Below, one piece after another: positions 38,601-48,290 of a stretch of 64,000 nucleotides of DNA. The notes beneath the pieces were generated by a model, which saw only the letters and a program-made list of their open reading frames with translations, did not search any database and was not told where the DNA came from. The position numbers and the translations under genes are program-made. The DNA comes from Candidatus Poribacteria bacterium (lineage in GTDB: Bacteria; Poribacteria; WGA-4E; WGA-3G). Each line of letters begins with the position of its first letter. Position 1 is the stretch's first letter. The stretch is taken from assembly GCA_958295945.1 (NCBI GenBank), contig OY282386.1:1303371-1367370 (forward strand). Reading direction: 5' to 3'.

Positions 38601-38924
38601 CTTCTTGAAAAAGGTATATATCCAGAAACATCACTAAAATATGCCACACGTGCGATACAAGACAATGCGAAAATTAGCTATCACTTCCCACTGACACTTG
38701 GACGTGCGTATGTCGCGAATGATCGCTATGACGATGCACTGAGATATTTCAAATATGCGCTAAGTATTCTCTCTGCCAATGATTCATTGGATGATTATTG
38801 GAAAAAAGTCACCGATGCAAGCAAGAATGCAAACGACAAAGAACGTTACACACAAATGTTAGATGCGTTGAAAAATTCCATTCCACCAGAATACGCAAGT
38901 TCGGTGCAAATGTCTGCCGAATAA
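35652..38924 (+). CDS. secreted TPR - LamG - TPR protein (about 1090 aa). 3'-truncated paralog lacking the C-terminal galactose-binding-like domain
   Basis: Start moved to ATG 35652 (MTCSKLSF..., signal peptide, AGGAGA RBS). LamG block (LSLDGDGSYVEI ... WYHVAGTID ... LYLNGTEV ... IDEVRVWNIARTENQI). Shares the LLEKGIYPE ... AYVANDRYDDA module with the other two proteins but ends where they continue. Confidence 0.8.
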   Translation: MTCSKLSFCFVIFMLITVGTFIAGLEAQDTEENNTPLQDFINEAQTLVRWNQLDEAIEIYERIVIAAPEDYTSLLELATLYSRTNQHESAAQTYGELLEFDTENITYQDGLVSSLQAAGKYDEALELAQSYIQSDPTVSKHYARLGRLYEVEGNEHAAIANYKKVIELATGDKQTYLKLAKLYFLNEDIDATEMALKNAILSPTSASARQGIERQLISFYRYHGNLGEKLQQAENDGTITFQMLKVLAEYYNKTGELDNAANAYKRALDMTTSSSEKVRIFAELFKVYIQLGDMDSVIEPYETEANLSINSKTLFYTSERITVTSARIAPIYKFETARDTLIGAFKSQDKLEVLKTYYEGKLHENDENPVARTILARIYWDERDYQKSAEMSEALGKADSNNVRYFYYAAAALKRNKQPELADEMLNQAKTALAACSEKDDPWFLGSLATICNENRMFEPALELSKSAIEMSENEKDSRILDTLHGILAKSYRETKQYEEALDIYQNMASIERNISVRNRANNAIREIIKEGKLYEKLIPEQLKNVEKSPNNPEMILELAESYEAIDNIKEAIVQYEKLAELEPERSYVYRKLGDLYQKVDREVEEVMEDNALSLDGDGSYVEIVDSEMIDNISEQVTISAWIKPTDFPNTCTTVLFKGNKRTPDHSHRQFALWLFDEGLAYFDASPNGLYIRWIASESESIQRNQWYHVAGTIDAKNDSIKLYLNGTEVRTSNFKGQRNLTKTTLPLRIGCSHEEEISEHASFAGLIDEVRVWNIARTENQIRSDMSKQLKGDEAGLVGYWKFDAETEGRVSDSSLNKNDGKLVGNAKLEPYTRPILASLKADNLTKAASYYEKAIELRPTTYQYYDRLAKLYMDQNQVSDAAYVYRRALDARFRQTTLETIIRAISELYIDEGQEDKLIAILEEVKPKMQESVVLHGLLGDLYKKIGDADKTEIVNAKWLKLREQEVNIQDTHYQRWFAEELLEKGIYPETSLKYATRAIQDNAKISYHFPLTLGRAYVANDRYDDALRYFKYALSILSANDSLDDYWKKVTDASKNANDKERYTQMLDALKNSIPPEYASSVQMSAE

Positions 38925-39155
38925 ATATCAACCTGAGTATAATTTGTATTTGAGATAACGAAATGAAATATCCAATAACACTTTTTCTGGTTCTTTCTAT
39001 AGTATTGAGTTGTTCATCAGTTGAATACGTTGATATACCTGATGATAACTTAGCTGCAGCGATACGTGACAATCTCGGATTATATCAAGACGACACTATT
39101 ACACGCCGTCAACTAAGTAAACTAACAAAACTATCTGGGCCACAAAGAAATATAA

Positions 39156-40078
39156 GAGGGTGTTAACTAACTAATGATATTTGGTTGTCCTCCGCCGAGA
39201 TTTAAAATGTCAAACATGTCCGCATTGACACGGAACCGCGCAAACAAAGCAATCGTTAGGTCTACCATTTCCACGCTTTTGGAAACAATAATGGACTTAC
39301 GTTTGAACCTACCGAACCAATGCCGCATCTGACAGTTATTACGCTCAATACCGTGTGTCTCTGCTTTATCCTGAACATGTTTTGAAGGAGGTAGGATGGT
39401 TTCATAGACCTGCCACTTGTCAGTCCAATATCTCTTGACATTGAAAATAGCAAGGCGATTTGTCAGTTTTGTGAGGGTTTCTGCGTTGCGTCCACCGCAT
39501 TCCCAATCTATGAGGTGTCCCGTGTTTCTGTCCAATGCCTTCCATATCCAAAGTTTGTTTTTCTTGTTTTGGATGTAGTGCCACATCTCATCAAGTTCTA
39601 AACTAACAAGTGTGCCAGGTGTGAGCGCGGGTTTCGGTGCATGCTTTTTCGCAAAGGTGCGTATCCAGTTCAGCACAGCAGGGACAGAGACATCAAAAAG
39701 TTTTGAGATAGCATGCATTGAAATGCCATGGCAATATAAAAGCACAGACACCCTTTTATGCTCGGGTGGATGTCCTCGGGGTGTCGTGCGCGTCCATTGA
39801 TACCCACAAAGTTTACATTTATGGCGTTGGTTTTCGTTAACGAAACCATTTTTCACAAAGTCCTCATTTTGACATCTTGGACACTTATTCATGATATTCT
39901 CCTTGTAAAGTGGTTGTTTTTGAAGAGAATACACATTATCAGCACATAAGTCAAGAAAAATCGTTTGATTTCTGTTGACACCTTTTGCCAAATATGTTAG
40001 CATTTAAACAATTAGTTGTGATGCAACGCAGTTTAGAGGGACTGTGAGTTTTCGTATCATTATTTAGTTAACACCCTC
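39156..40078 (-). mobile_element. IS1-family insertion sequence (923 bp) with 24-bp imperfect terminal inverted repeats and an 8-bp target-site duplication AAATATAA
   Basis: IR-L GAGGGTGTTAACTAACTAATGATA (39156-39179). IR-R TATCATTATTTAGTTAACACCCTC (40055-40078). Direct repeats AAATATAA at 39148-39155 and 40079-40086. Confidence 0.8.
39167..39892 (-). CDS. IS1-family transposase (fused InsA zinc-finger plus InsB-like)
   Basis: N-terminal CPRCQNEDFVKNG ... CKLCGY zinc finger. LDEMWHYIQNKKNKLWIWKALDR and HGIERNNCQMRHWFGRFKRKS match IS1 InsB. Start moved to ATG 39890-39892 with AAGGAG RBS. Confidence 0.85.
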   Translation of the reverse strand: MNKCPRCQNEDFVKNGFVNENQRHKCKLCGYQWTRTTPRGHPPEHKRVSVLLYCHGISMHAISKLFDVSVPAVLNWIRTFAKKHAPKPALTPGTLVSLELDEMWHYIQNKKNKLWIWKALDRNTGHLIDWECGGRNAETLTKLTNRLAIFNVKRYWTDKWQVYETILPPSKHVQDKAETHGIERNNCQMRHWFGRFKRKSIIVSKSVEMVDLTIALFARFRVNADMFDILNLGGGQPNIIS

Positions 40079-42523
40079 AAATATAAAAGACATCAGTGGC
40101 TTGCAATATGCTAAACATTTAAGTGCTTTGGAACTCTATGGTAATCAAATCCAAGATATTTCTCCACTTGCAGATTTAAAGAAACTAACAAGGTTGAATC
40201 TGAGTAACAATAATATCACAGATATTTCTCCACTAAATGGGTTGAAAGAACTTACTTACTTATCACTTGAACAGAATCAAATCCACGACATTCAACCTAT
40301 TGAAAACCTGAGTAAACTCAAGTATCTATTTATTGAGCAGAATCCAATAAAAGACCTTTCGCAAGAACAACATCTTCCTGTTACCAATGCTGTTGAGAAC
40401 ACCACACTGCTACACCCATCGGTAAAAGTGAATCAATATGATACGCAGATTAGTCTACCCGATGGAGCCATAGCACGCCTTGGAAAAGGAGGTATCAACG
40501 TCTTACGCTTTTCTCCTGATGGAACGATGCTTGCGGTTGGCACTGATATAGGTTTGTGGTTATACGATAGGACATCAGGAGAAGCAAAACCTTTACAGGC
40601 AAATTCTCTTGGTCAGTCCAATGCCATAGCATTCTCGGCAAATGGACGTTTCTTGGCAAACGGGGGTTCTTCAAATCCTGTAATTCAATCGTGGGATCTG
40701 TCATCAGGTGAGAAACTTTCTGAAATTCCTTTACCAACATCAAGGACTATACATCTCATGAATAAAAGAGACGAAACGTTTCAAAAATCCGTAGCAGCTC
40801 TAACTTTTGCCAATAGCGGCAAAGGACTCATGAGTCTTAGTTATTCGGGGAAATTTAACTATTGGGATGTACTCAATGGCAAAGGATTATCTGAGCACGA
40901 TTCTAATTTTGATTATGAAGGTGTATTGGCACTCTCACAAGACGGTAGCAAATTTGCTTGTGGATATTGGAATGGAAAGATATGGACAGGAGATGCTACC
41001 ACAGGTAAACTAAAGAATAAACTCAACGGACATGGTAGAAGAATAAAGTTTCTTTCAAAGAATACAAAATATCGTCGTGTTCGTGCATTGGCATACTCAC
41101 CAGATTCTAGATTCTTAGCAAGCGGCAGTGAAGATAAAACAATAAAGATTTGGAGTACGAACAAATATAAAAAACACGCCACTCTCAAAGGGCATACAGG
41201 ATGGGTATCTGCACTCGCCTTTTCTGAAGATGGCAAATATATCGCCAGCGGGGACACGGAGAGCAATGTTCATCTTTGGGATGTCCATAAGAAACGAAGG
41301 ATTGCCATTTTCAAGGGACACACAAATGGTATCCTTGCTATGACGTTTTCCCCTGATGGAAAGACGCTTGCTACCGGCAGTGCTGATGGAACTATACGGT
41401 TTTGGGATGTCAACACTCAAAAAGCAGAATCCATCTTTACTACTGGACATACAGAATGGGTCAGAGATATATCATTTTCTCCTGATAGCACAAAGGTATC
41501 AATTGCACATTACAATGCAACAGCAGAAAGATGGGATATTAACACCTCACGTCAGCTGGATGTATTCAACAAGAATCCACAAAGAATCTCGTACGCAGTT
41601 GCATTATCACCCGACGGTTCACATCTTGCATGTCACGGTGTTGAAGGCAATATCGCTTTCAATGTTGATGGGTGGGACACAGTGATTGAGTATTATAATA
41701 GTGATAGAACTCGTCTATGGAGTCTTGATACCAAGAAAGAACTTCCATCTATTTCAGATGTGTTTGGAGACATGGCGTTTTCTCCTGACAACAAGATTCT
41801 TGCTTGTAAGAGTATACAGGATATATCACCGTGGCATAAAACCACAGATAGTGAAGTTGGAAGACGCTTAAGTATGGTAGTAGGGCGGAGTAAAGAGATT
41901 CTAATAACTGAAGTTAGGACAGGAACAGAATTACACCGTTTTCATGTGGGAAAACGTGGAGGACCGCTTAGTGGAGGAGGATTAAGAGAAAAAATATCAT
42001 TGATGTTCTCACCTGAGGGAAGCCTACTGGCAGCGGGAGGTATGATTTGGGATGTGGATACGTGGGAACAACTTCATAAATTCACATCAGAATACACCGC
42101 AATCATGGCAATTTCAAAAGACAGTCATACCCTTGCTGTCGAGAATAATGTAGTGACAGACAAAGATATCCAATTGTGGAATTTTTTTACACCGGATCAA
42201 CCACAGAGTTTAAATACTATTGATTTACCACCAACAATTGAAAATAGAGCCTTAACAATTTCACCTAATGGATCTATCCTCGTAGAATCTACAAAAATGG
42301 CTTGGGATACTTATGTTGAAGCTAACATATCATTATGGGATGTAAATACAGGTGAAAAATTGCTATCCCTTCCAGGACACACTGAACCGATTACAAAGTT
42401 GGAATTTTCTCACGATGGCAAAACGCTTGCAAGCGGATCTAAAGATGGCACTGTGCTTTTGTGGGACTGGAATAAGATTATAGCAAAAGTCAAACCAGAT
42501 GATAGATAATGGAGAATAAATCA

Positions 42524-44617
42524 ATGAAAACAAAACATCTGTTTTACATACTATTATTGTCGTTCTCAGTGATAGTCTATCCAGTTTTCGCACAAACAAA
42601 ATTAATGAGTGGACTACCCGATGATGCCATTGCACGACTTGGAAAAGGCGGTATCAATATTATACAATTTTCACCTGATGGTACGCATCTTGCTGTTGGA
42701 ACTGATATCGGTGTACGACTGTATAATGTTGCAACAAAACAAGGAATATCACTCCCCAACAGAATCGTTGGACAGATCAACACTATAGCCTTTTCAAAAG
42801 ATGGACGGATACTTGCTTGTGGTGGATATTTTAACCCTATAATTCAGTTATGGGATGTAGAGTTCAGAGTGGAACTTCCATCACTACAATCATCTAAACC
42901 CCAGGCTGCCATTGGGTGGGAACATTTTCCCATACATTCGGTCATCGCATTAGCTTTCTCAGAGAATGAAAGAACACTTATTGGTGTAGATTATGAAGGA
43001 CTGTTCACATACTGGGATATAAACTCACTACAGATAGAATCAGAACAGCGACAATATACCATTTTGGATATATACGCATCCACATTATCACAGGATGGAC
43101 GCACGTTCATTACTGGCAGAGAAAATGGTGAAATCTCACTTTGGAATACACAGACAGGGAACAGAGATGCAATTATCAAAGGACACAAACCATTTTTTAA
43201 AAGGTCAAAACACAATCCGCGCATACGTGCATTGGCATTCTCACCTGATGGAACCACATTTGCAAGTGGGAGCAAAGACATGACTGTGCGTATTTGGGAA
43301 ACAGAAAGCCGGAAAAGAAAAGCAACGCTGAAAGGTCATAAGGCTTGGGTCACTGCAATTGCTTTTTCCAAGAATGGAAATACCGTTGCCAGTGGTGATT
43401 CAAATGGACATATCAGGATTTGGGATACACGAAGAAAGCGTTTGAAGACAAAACTTGATAGTCATACAAATAGTATCATTTCGCTTGCATTCTCACCAGA
43501 TGGAAAAACATTTGCAAGTGGGAGTGCTGATGGAACGATCCAACTATGGGATACCAATTCCTATAAAGCACCTGTTACTTTGGATACCGATTATACAGAG
43601 TGGGTCAGAGCAGTAGCATTCTCACCTGACAATACAACTGTCTCTACAGCAATGTATAATAATACAGTGCAGAAATACGATGCGCAGACAGGAGACTTGT
43701 TATCCAATTTCAATAAAGCAAACCAACAGACAACATACTCAGTTGCAATATCACCTGATGCAAGTCTACTTGCCTGCCATCCGGTCCAAGGAAATATCGT
43801 TTTCAATACAAGGGAAAAATGGCACACGGAATATAGGTATCAGGGACACGAGAAAATCCAGGTGTGGGATTTAGATACAGGTCAAGAACTTCCTACAATA
43901 ATGAATGCTTTTGGTAGGATGGTATTTACCCCTGATAGTAATTATATCTCCAGTACTTCATCTGAAGGGGTTGAGGTATGGGTCTCTTGGACCTCCTTAG
44001 GATCTTATTCTCATGGAAGTGACGATGGAATCTATCTTTGGAATGTCCGAACTGGGGATAAGCTATATCATTTGGAACAAAAGGATATGTATGAATCCAA
44101 GTCTATGGCTATTTCTCCTGACGGGACTAAACTTGTTACACCCGGAAAGAGCCGCAGGTTTGGAACACTTATATGGAATATTGAGAAGTCTGATGAACCT
44201 ATTTCACTCGCTGAGGATGCTGATGCCGCGGCTTTTTCACCCGATGGTGCAATCCTTGCAACAACACGGAATTTTGATAAACATTTATGGGATACTGAAA
44301 CGGGGGAGATGTTGCGTAAAATTCGTCCCCGAGGACCGAATGCAGCGGAAGGGAGGACTATAACCTTCTCACCTGAAGGTTCATTAATCCTTGTTTCAAA
44401 AGTCGAACCTATAATGCCATTTCCTTCTGATTTCATTGAAATCATTGATGTGGATACTGGAGAAACTTTACGCTCCCTTCCTGGACATACAGAACCTATT
44501 GAAACATTGGTTTTCTCACATAATGGAAAAATCTTGGCAAGCGGATCTAAAGATGGCACTGTGCTTTTGTGGGACTGGAATAAAATCTTAGCAAAAATCA
44601 AACCAGATGATAGATAA
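42524..44617 (+). CDS. secreted WD40 beta-propeller repeat protein, paralog of the upstream interrupted gene
   Basis: Signal peptide and multiple WD40 units (GH ... WD). The last 90 bp are nearly identical to the 3' end of the upstream WD40 gene. Start at 42524 (GGAGA RBS) or 42509. Confidence 0.8.
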   Translation: MKTKHLFYILLLSFSVIVYPVFAQTKLMSGLPDDAIARLGKGGINIIQFSPDGTHLAVGTDIGVRLYNVATKQGISLPNRIVGQINTIAFSKDGRILACGGYFNPIIQLWDVEFRVELPSLQSSKPQAAIGWEHFPIHSVIALAFSENERTLIGVDYEGLFTYWDINSLQIESEQRQYTILDIYASTLSQDGRTFITGRENGEISLWNTQTGNRDAIIKGHKPFFKRSKHNPRIRALAFSPDGTTFASGSKDMTVRIWETESRKRKATLKGHKAWVTAIAFSKNGNTVASGDSNGHIRIWDTRRKRLKTKLDSHTNSIISLAFSPDGKTFASGSADGTIQLWDTNSYKAPVTLDTDYTEWVRAVAFSPDNTTVSTAMYNNTVQKYDAQTGDLLSNFNKANQQTTYSVAISPDASLLACHPVQGNIVFNTREKWHTEYRYQGHEKIQVWDLDTGQELPTIMNAFGRMVFTPDSNYISSTSSEGVEVWVSWTSLGSYSHGSDDGIYLWNVRTGDKLYHLEQKDMYESKSMAISPDGTKLVTPGKSRRFGTLIWNIEKSDEPISLAEDADAAAFSPDGAILATTRNFDKHLWDTETGEMLRKIRPRGPNAAEGRTITFSPEGSLILVSKVEPIMPFPSDFIEIIDVDTGETLRSLPGHTEPIETLVFSHNGKILASGSKDGTVLLWDWNKILAKIKPDDR

Positions 44618-44720
44618 ACAAAATTGATTTAACCCTTGACATACTCAATATAAATGTAGTACACTATTATCATACTCAAAATAATCAGCAATTGACGATA
44701 CTCCATAGGAGGTCTACTTC

Positions 44721-46193
44721 ATGCCGGAAAAGATGATTCTTGAAAAAATACGTCATGTCCGCCGTCGTTTGAATGTACAAGGTTATTTTCAAACCCTTGC
44801 AAAGTTCTTACTAATTGGACTATTAGTGTGTACTCCCGTAGTTATTGTTGATAGTTTAATAACCTCATTTAACATCCCACCGTATGCCTTTGCCTGTGTA
44901 GCGGTTGGAATTGCGTTAGTATCTTACATTGTCCGTCTCATTCGTCCTGTTGATCTACACGAAGCTGCCCGCGCGATTGATATTGACGGTTCCCTAAAGG
45001 ATCGCGTCGTCAGTGGATTAGAACAAATTGAACATAAATCGAATGAAACGTTGAGTGAACTGCAGTTAAAAGATACTACAGAAAGATTACAAGCAATCCC
45101 TTTGAAACAGGTAGCACGATATACAGTTCCCCGTGAAACCAAATATGTTGCGCTTGTAGCAATATTTGTCGTCGCATTCTCATTTGTAGAGTTTTTCGCA
45201 CCACCAGCAACTTCAACTGAAATAGACTATTCTCCGCAAATCGCTGCAGAAGCGGATGTCCTATTGAATACAATTGATGAAGCGAAAAAAGAAGCAGAAT
45301 TGAGTGAAGACGAGGAACTCAAAGAGATTCTGGAAGAGATTGAAAAACGAACTCAGGAATTGAAGAAGCCGCAAATTTCCCCGAAAGAAGCTCTAGCAAG
45401 AATGACCGAATTGACTGCGTTGTTGAAGACGAAGATTGATCCAATCAAAATGGCACAACAAGAAGCACTGATGAAAGGTCTTGGTCAACAGTTCATCGGA
45501 AATCCAATTCTCGGTGAATTCGGACAGAAGTTGAAAAAGGGTGACTATGATGAAGCTGCTGACAAACTTGACAAAGTGGCAAAGGACATTCCAAAGTTTG
45601 ACCAAGAGCAGAAACAAAACTTATCTGATGAACTCAAACGCGCAGGTAATAGTCTAAAAGACAGCGATCTCAGTGGACTTGGCGGACAACTATCTGGTGC
45701 AGGTGATGCTTTGGGAGACAATGATGGCGAAGGTGCACAGGGAAAACTAAGTGAATCCAGCAAAAGCATCCGTAATTTCGACCTTCTCAAAAATCGCAAC
45801 CAGAAGTTGGAAGATTTGTTGTGTGCGTGTGAGGAATGTAAAAACTGCATCGGCGCATGTTGCGGTGCTGGCAACGTTCCATCAAATTTGCTATCCAACA
45901 ATCCAAGTGATAAAGCGGGAACGAAGACATCTGAATCACAACAAGGTGAACTAACTTCACTGGATTCTACACTGAATCTTGAACAGTTGAAAGGTGTCCA
46001 AGGTGAAGGAGATTCTTCGGTTGAAACTACAAAGGCATCTGCTGAAGGACAAGAATCATCGCTCAGTTACAAAGATGCTTATATGAAGTATCAGAAGTTA
46101 TCTGAGGATGCCATGACAGAAGAACAGATCCCTCTCAGCTACAAGTTCTATGTGAAACGTTATTTCAAATCCATCAAACCTGCAGAAGAGTAA
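44721..46193 (+). CDS. membrane-anchored coiled-coil protein, first gene of the MoxR/Bat-like operon
   Basis: Strong AGGAGG RBS. Two N-terminal TM segments, then a long charged coiled-coil region. Confidence 0.6.
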   Translation: MPEKMILEKIRHVRRRLNVQGYFQTLAKFLLIGLLVCTPVVIVDSLITSFNIPPYAFACVAVGIALVSYIVRLIRPVDLHEAARAIDIDGSLKDRVVSGLEQIEHKSNETLSELQLKDTTERLQAIPLKQVARYTVPRETKYVALVAIFVVAFSFVEFFAPPATSTEIDYSPQIAAEADVLLNTIDEAKKEAELSEDEELKEILEEIEKRTQELKKPQISPKEALARMTELTALLKTKIDPIKMAQQEALMKGLGQQFIGNPILGEFGQKLKKGDYDEAADKLDKVAKDIPKFDQEQKQNLSDELKRAGNSLKDSDLSGLGGQLSGAGDALGDNDGEGAQGKLSESSKSIRNFDLLKNRNQKLEDLLCACEECKNCIGACCGAGNVPSNLLSNNPSDKAGTKTSESQQGELTSLDSTLNLEQLKGVQGEGDSSVETTKASAEGQESSLSYKDAYMKYQKLSEDAMTEEQIPLSYKFYVKRYFKSIKPAEE

Positions 46194-46278
46194 ACTGAGT
46201 CCTCATGCTAAATCACCGCAGAGATGTCCTATCTTTGCGGTGATTTAATGCCTACGCACTGCTACCGTAAGGTGAAAT

Positions 46279-47262
46279 ATGTCCGAACAAGTAGAACAGA
46301 AACATGATGAATTTCGAGAGACATTTTTAAAAATACAAGAAGAGATTTCAAAACGTATCGTTGGTCAAAAAGAGATAATTGAAGGTGTCCTCATCTGCTT
46401 GATGACAGGAGGACACGCACTCTTAGAAGGCGTGCCCGGTTTAGGAAAAACGCTACTCATCAGCACACTCAAGGAAGTTCTTGATCTTGAGTATCAAAGA
46501 ATACAGTTCACACCTGACCTGATGCCTGCTGACATCGTTGGAACGACCATCGTCGCAGAAGATGAGAACAGACAGAAGTTTTTTGAATTCCAACCTGGAC
46601 CCATATTCGCTAACCTCGTCCTTGCCGATGAAATCAATCGAGCAACCCCAAAAACACAATCCGCTTTGTTAGAGGCAATGCAAGAGAAGTCTGTCACCGT
46701 TGCGGGACAGCACCGTCCGCTTGACTTACCATTCTTCGTAATGGCAACCCAAAACCCGTTAGAAATGGAAGGCACATATCCGCTACCTGAAGCACAACTT
46801 GACCGTTTCTTTTTCAAGTTGAAGGTAGAGTTTCCCTCTCTTGACGAACTTGATTTAGTTATGGAACGCACAACAAAACGGGAAATGCCAACTGTTGGGA
46901 AGGTATGTGATGGCAAGCAGATAAACGAACTGGAACAGATTGTGCGGGACATTCTCGTCGCAGAAGATGTACGAAGATATGCCTTGCGGATTGTTCTCGG
47001 CACACATCCCGAAACCGATGATGCACCGGAAAAGACAAAGCAATATGTTCGGTACGGTTCAAGTCCTCGTGGCGCACAAGCACTGATTCTTGCAAGTAAG
47101 GTGCGTGCAATTCTCGACAGTCGGTACAACGTCGCGCGTGAAGACATTCAAGCGGTTGCATTACCAAGTCTGCGTCATCGCCTCATCCTGAGTTTTGAAG
47201 GTGAAGCGGAAGGTATTGACCCCGACGAAATCATTCTACATCTGTTAGAAGTAATCGATTGA
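46279..47262 (+). CDS. MoxR-family AAA+ ATPase
   Basis: Walker A GVPGLGKT. LADEINRATPKTQSALLEAMQEKSVTVAG. About 320 aa. Confidence 0.9.
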   Translation: MSEQVEQKHDEFRETFLKIQEEISKRIVGQKEIIEGVLICLMTGGHALLEGVPGLGKTLLISTLKEVLDLEYQRIQFTPDLMPADIVGTTIVAEDENRQKFFEFQPGPIFANLVLADEINRATPKTQSALLEAMQEKSVTVAGQHRPLDLPFFVMATQNPLEMEGTYPLPEAQLDRFFFKLKVEFPSLDELDLVMERTTKREMPTVGKVCDGKQINELEQIVRDILVAEDVRRYALRIVLGTHPETDDAPEKTKQYVRYGSSPRGAQALILASKVRAILDSRYNVAREDIQAVALPSLRHRLILSFEGEAEGIDPDEIILHLLEVID

Positions 47263-47355
47263 AGATTTAGAAAAATCTGATTGCTTAATCCTGTTTATCT
47301 CTCACCTACACACAAGAAAACCTGTCCTAATCCTTGATATTACTGAGGTCTTCTT

Positions 47356-48246
47356 ATGCAAAACGATACACAATCCGCATTTGACAGTGAATTCCTAAAA
47401 AAACTAGAATATCTTTATATCGTCTCAAAGAAGATATTTTCAGGACGAATCAAAGCAGAAAGACGCAGCACAAGACGTGGGGTGAGCGTTGAATTTGCTG
47501 ATTATCGGAACTACACACCTGGCGATGATTTCCGTTATATCGATTGGAATGCGTTTGCAAGATTAGACGAACTTTTGCTAAAACTTTATGAGGAACGCGA
47601 AGACCTGCACATCTACTTCCTCGTAGATGTAAGTCAATCCATGACCTATGGTGAGTTGCCAAAACTGATATATGCCAAACGGGTGGCTGCTGCGCTTGCT
47701 TATATCGGTCTGTCAAATCTGGACCGTATCGGGATCACAGCATTCAACACAACGGACATGAATCGTTTGCCTACAGAACGTGGTAAAGCGAAAATCTTTA
47801 CCGTCCTGAATTTCCTGGATCAGATCAACGGTAGTGGAGAAACGGATATGGAACACGCATTCCAGAATTTTGTCCATCAGACAAAACGACGTGGGTTGGT
47901 TGTGTTGATATCCGACCTATTTGACCCCAAAGGATTCACTGCTGGTCTGAATATGCTAAAGTTTCAGAAACATGACCTTTTCGTCATACATATTATTGAT
48001 GAAAAGGAGGCAGAACCCAGTCTACTTGGTGACTACCACCTTGTTGATGTTGAAACAGATCAACTCCGACCTGTCACCATCAACGAAAATCACATTAAAC
48101 GTTACCAGGCTCTTTTCCAAAAATATTGTGATGACCTTGACCGATATTGTAGACAACGCGAGATTAGCCTCGTCCGGACGATGACAAAAGCACCTTTCGA
48201 AGAACTTATTCTGAGAATATTTCGTATGGGTGGTTTTGTGTCATAA
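47356..48246 (+). CDS. DUF58-family protein (vWA-like, MoxR partner)
   Basis: DYRNYTPGDDFRYIDWNAFAR hallmark motif. Confidence 0.85.
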   Translation: MQNDTQSAFDSEFLKKLEYLYIVSKKIFSGRIKAERRSTRRGVSVEFADYRNYTPGDDFRYIDWNAFARLDELLLKLYEEREDLHIYFLVDVSQSMTYGELPKLIYAKRVAAALAYIGLSNLDRIGITAFNTTDMNRLPTERGKAKIFTVLNFLDQINGSGETDMEHAFQNFVHQTKRRGLVVLISDLFDPKGFTAGLNMLKFQKHDLFVIHIIDEKEAEPSLLGDYHLVDVETDQLRPVTINENHIKRYQALFQKYCDDLDRYCRQREISLVRTMTKAPFEELILRIFRMGGFVS

Positions 48247-48290
48247 CGGTTCAATTTTGATATAAGATTGTCCGTGAATATTATAGATAG

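Larger units (their letters stand above)
38963..42509 (+). pseudogene. secreted LRR + WD40 beta-propeller protein gene interrupted by an IS1-family insertion. The N-terminal exon is 38963-39155 and the remainder is 40079-42509
   Basis: Joining 39155 to 40079 after removing the IS and one TSD copy gives a continuous frame: ...LSGPQRNIKDISGLQYAKHLSALELYGNQI... Internalin-type LRRs followed by WD40 repeats. Confidence 0.7.

Noticed and set aside
38963-39166. 67-aa ORF treated as an independent small secreted protein
   Set aside because: It is the N-terminal signal-peptide and LRR fragment of the IS1-interrupted LRR-WD40 gene. Its last residues (RGC*) are read-through into the IS inverted repeat
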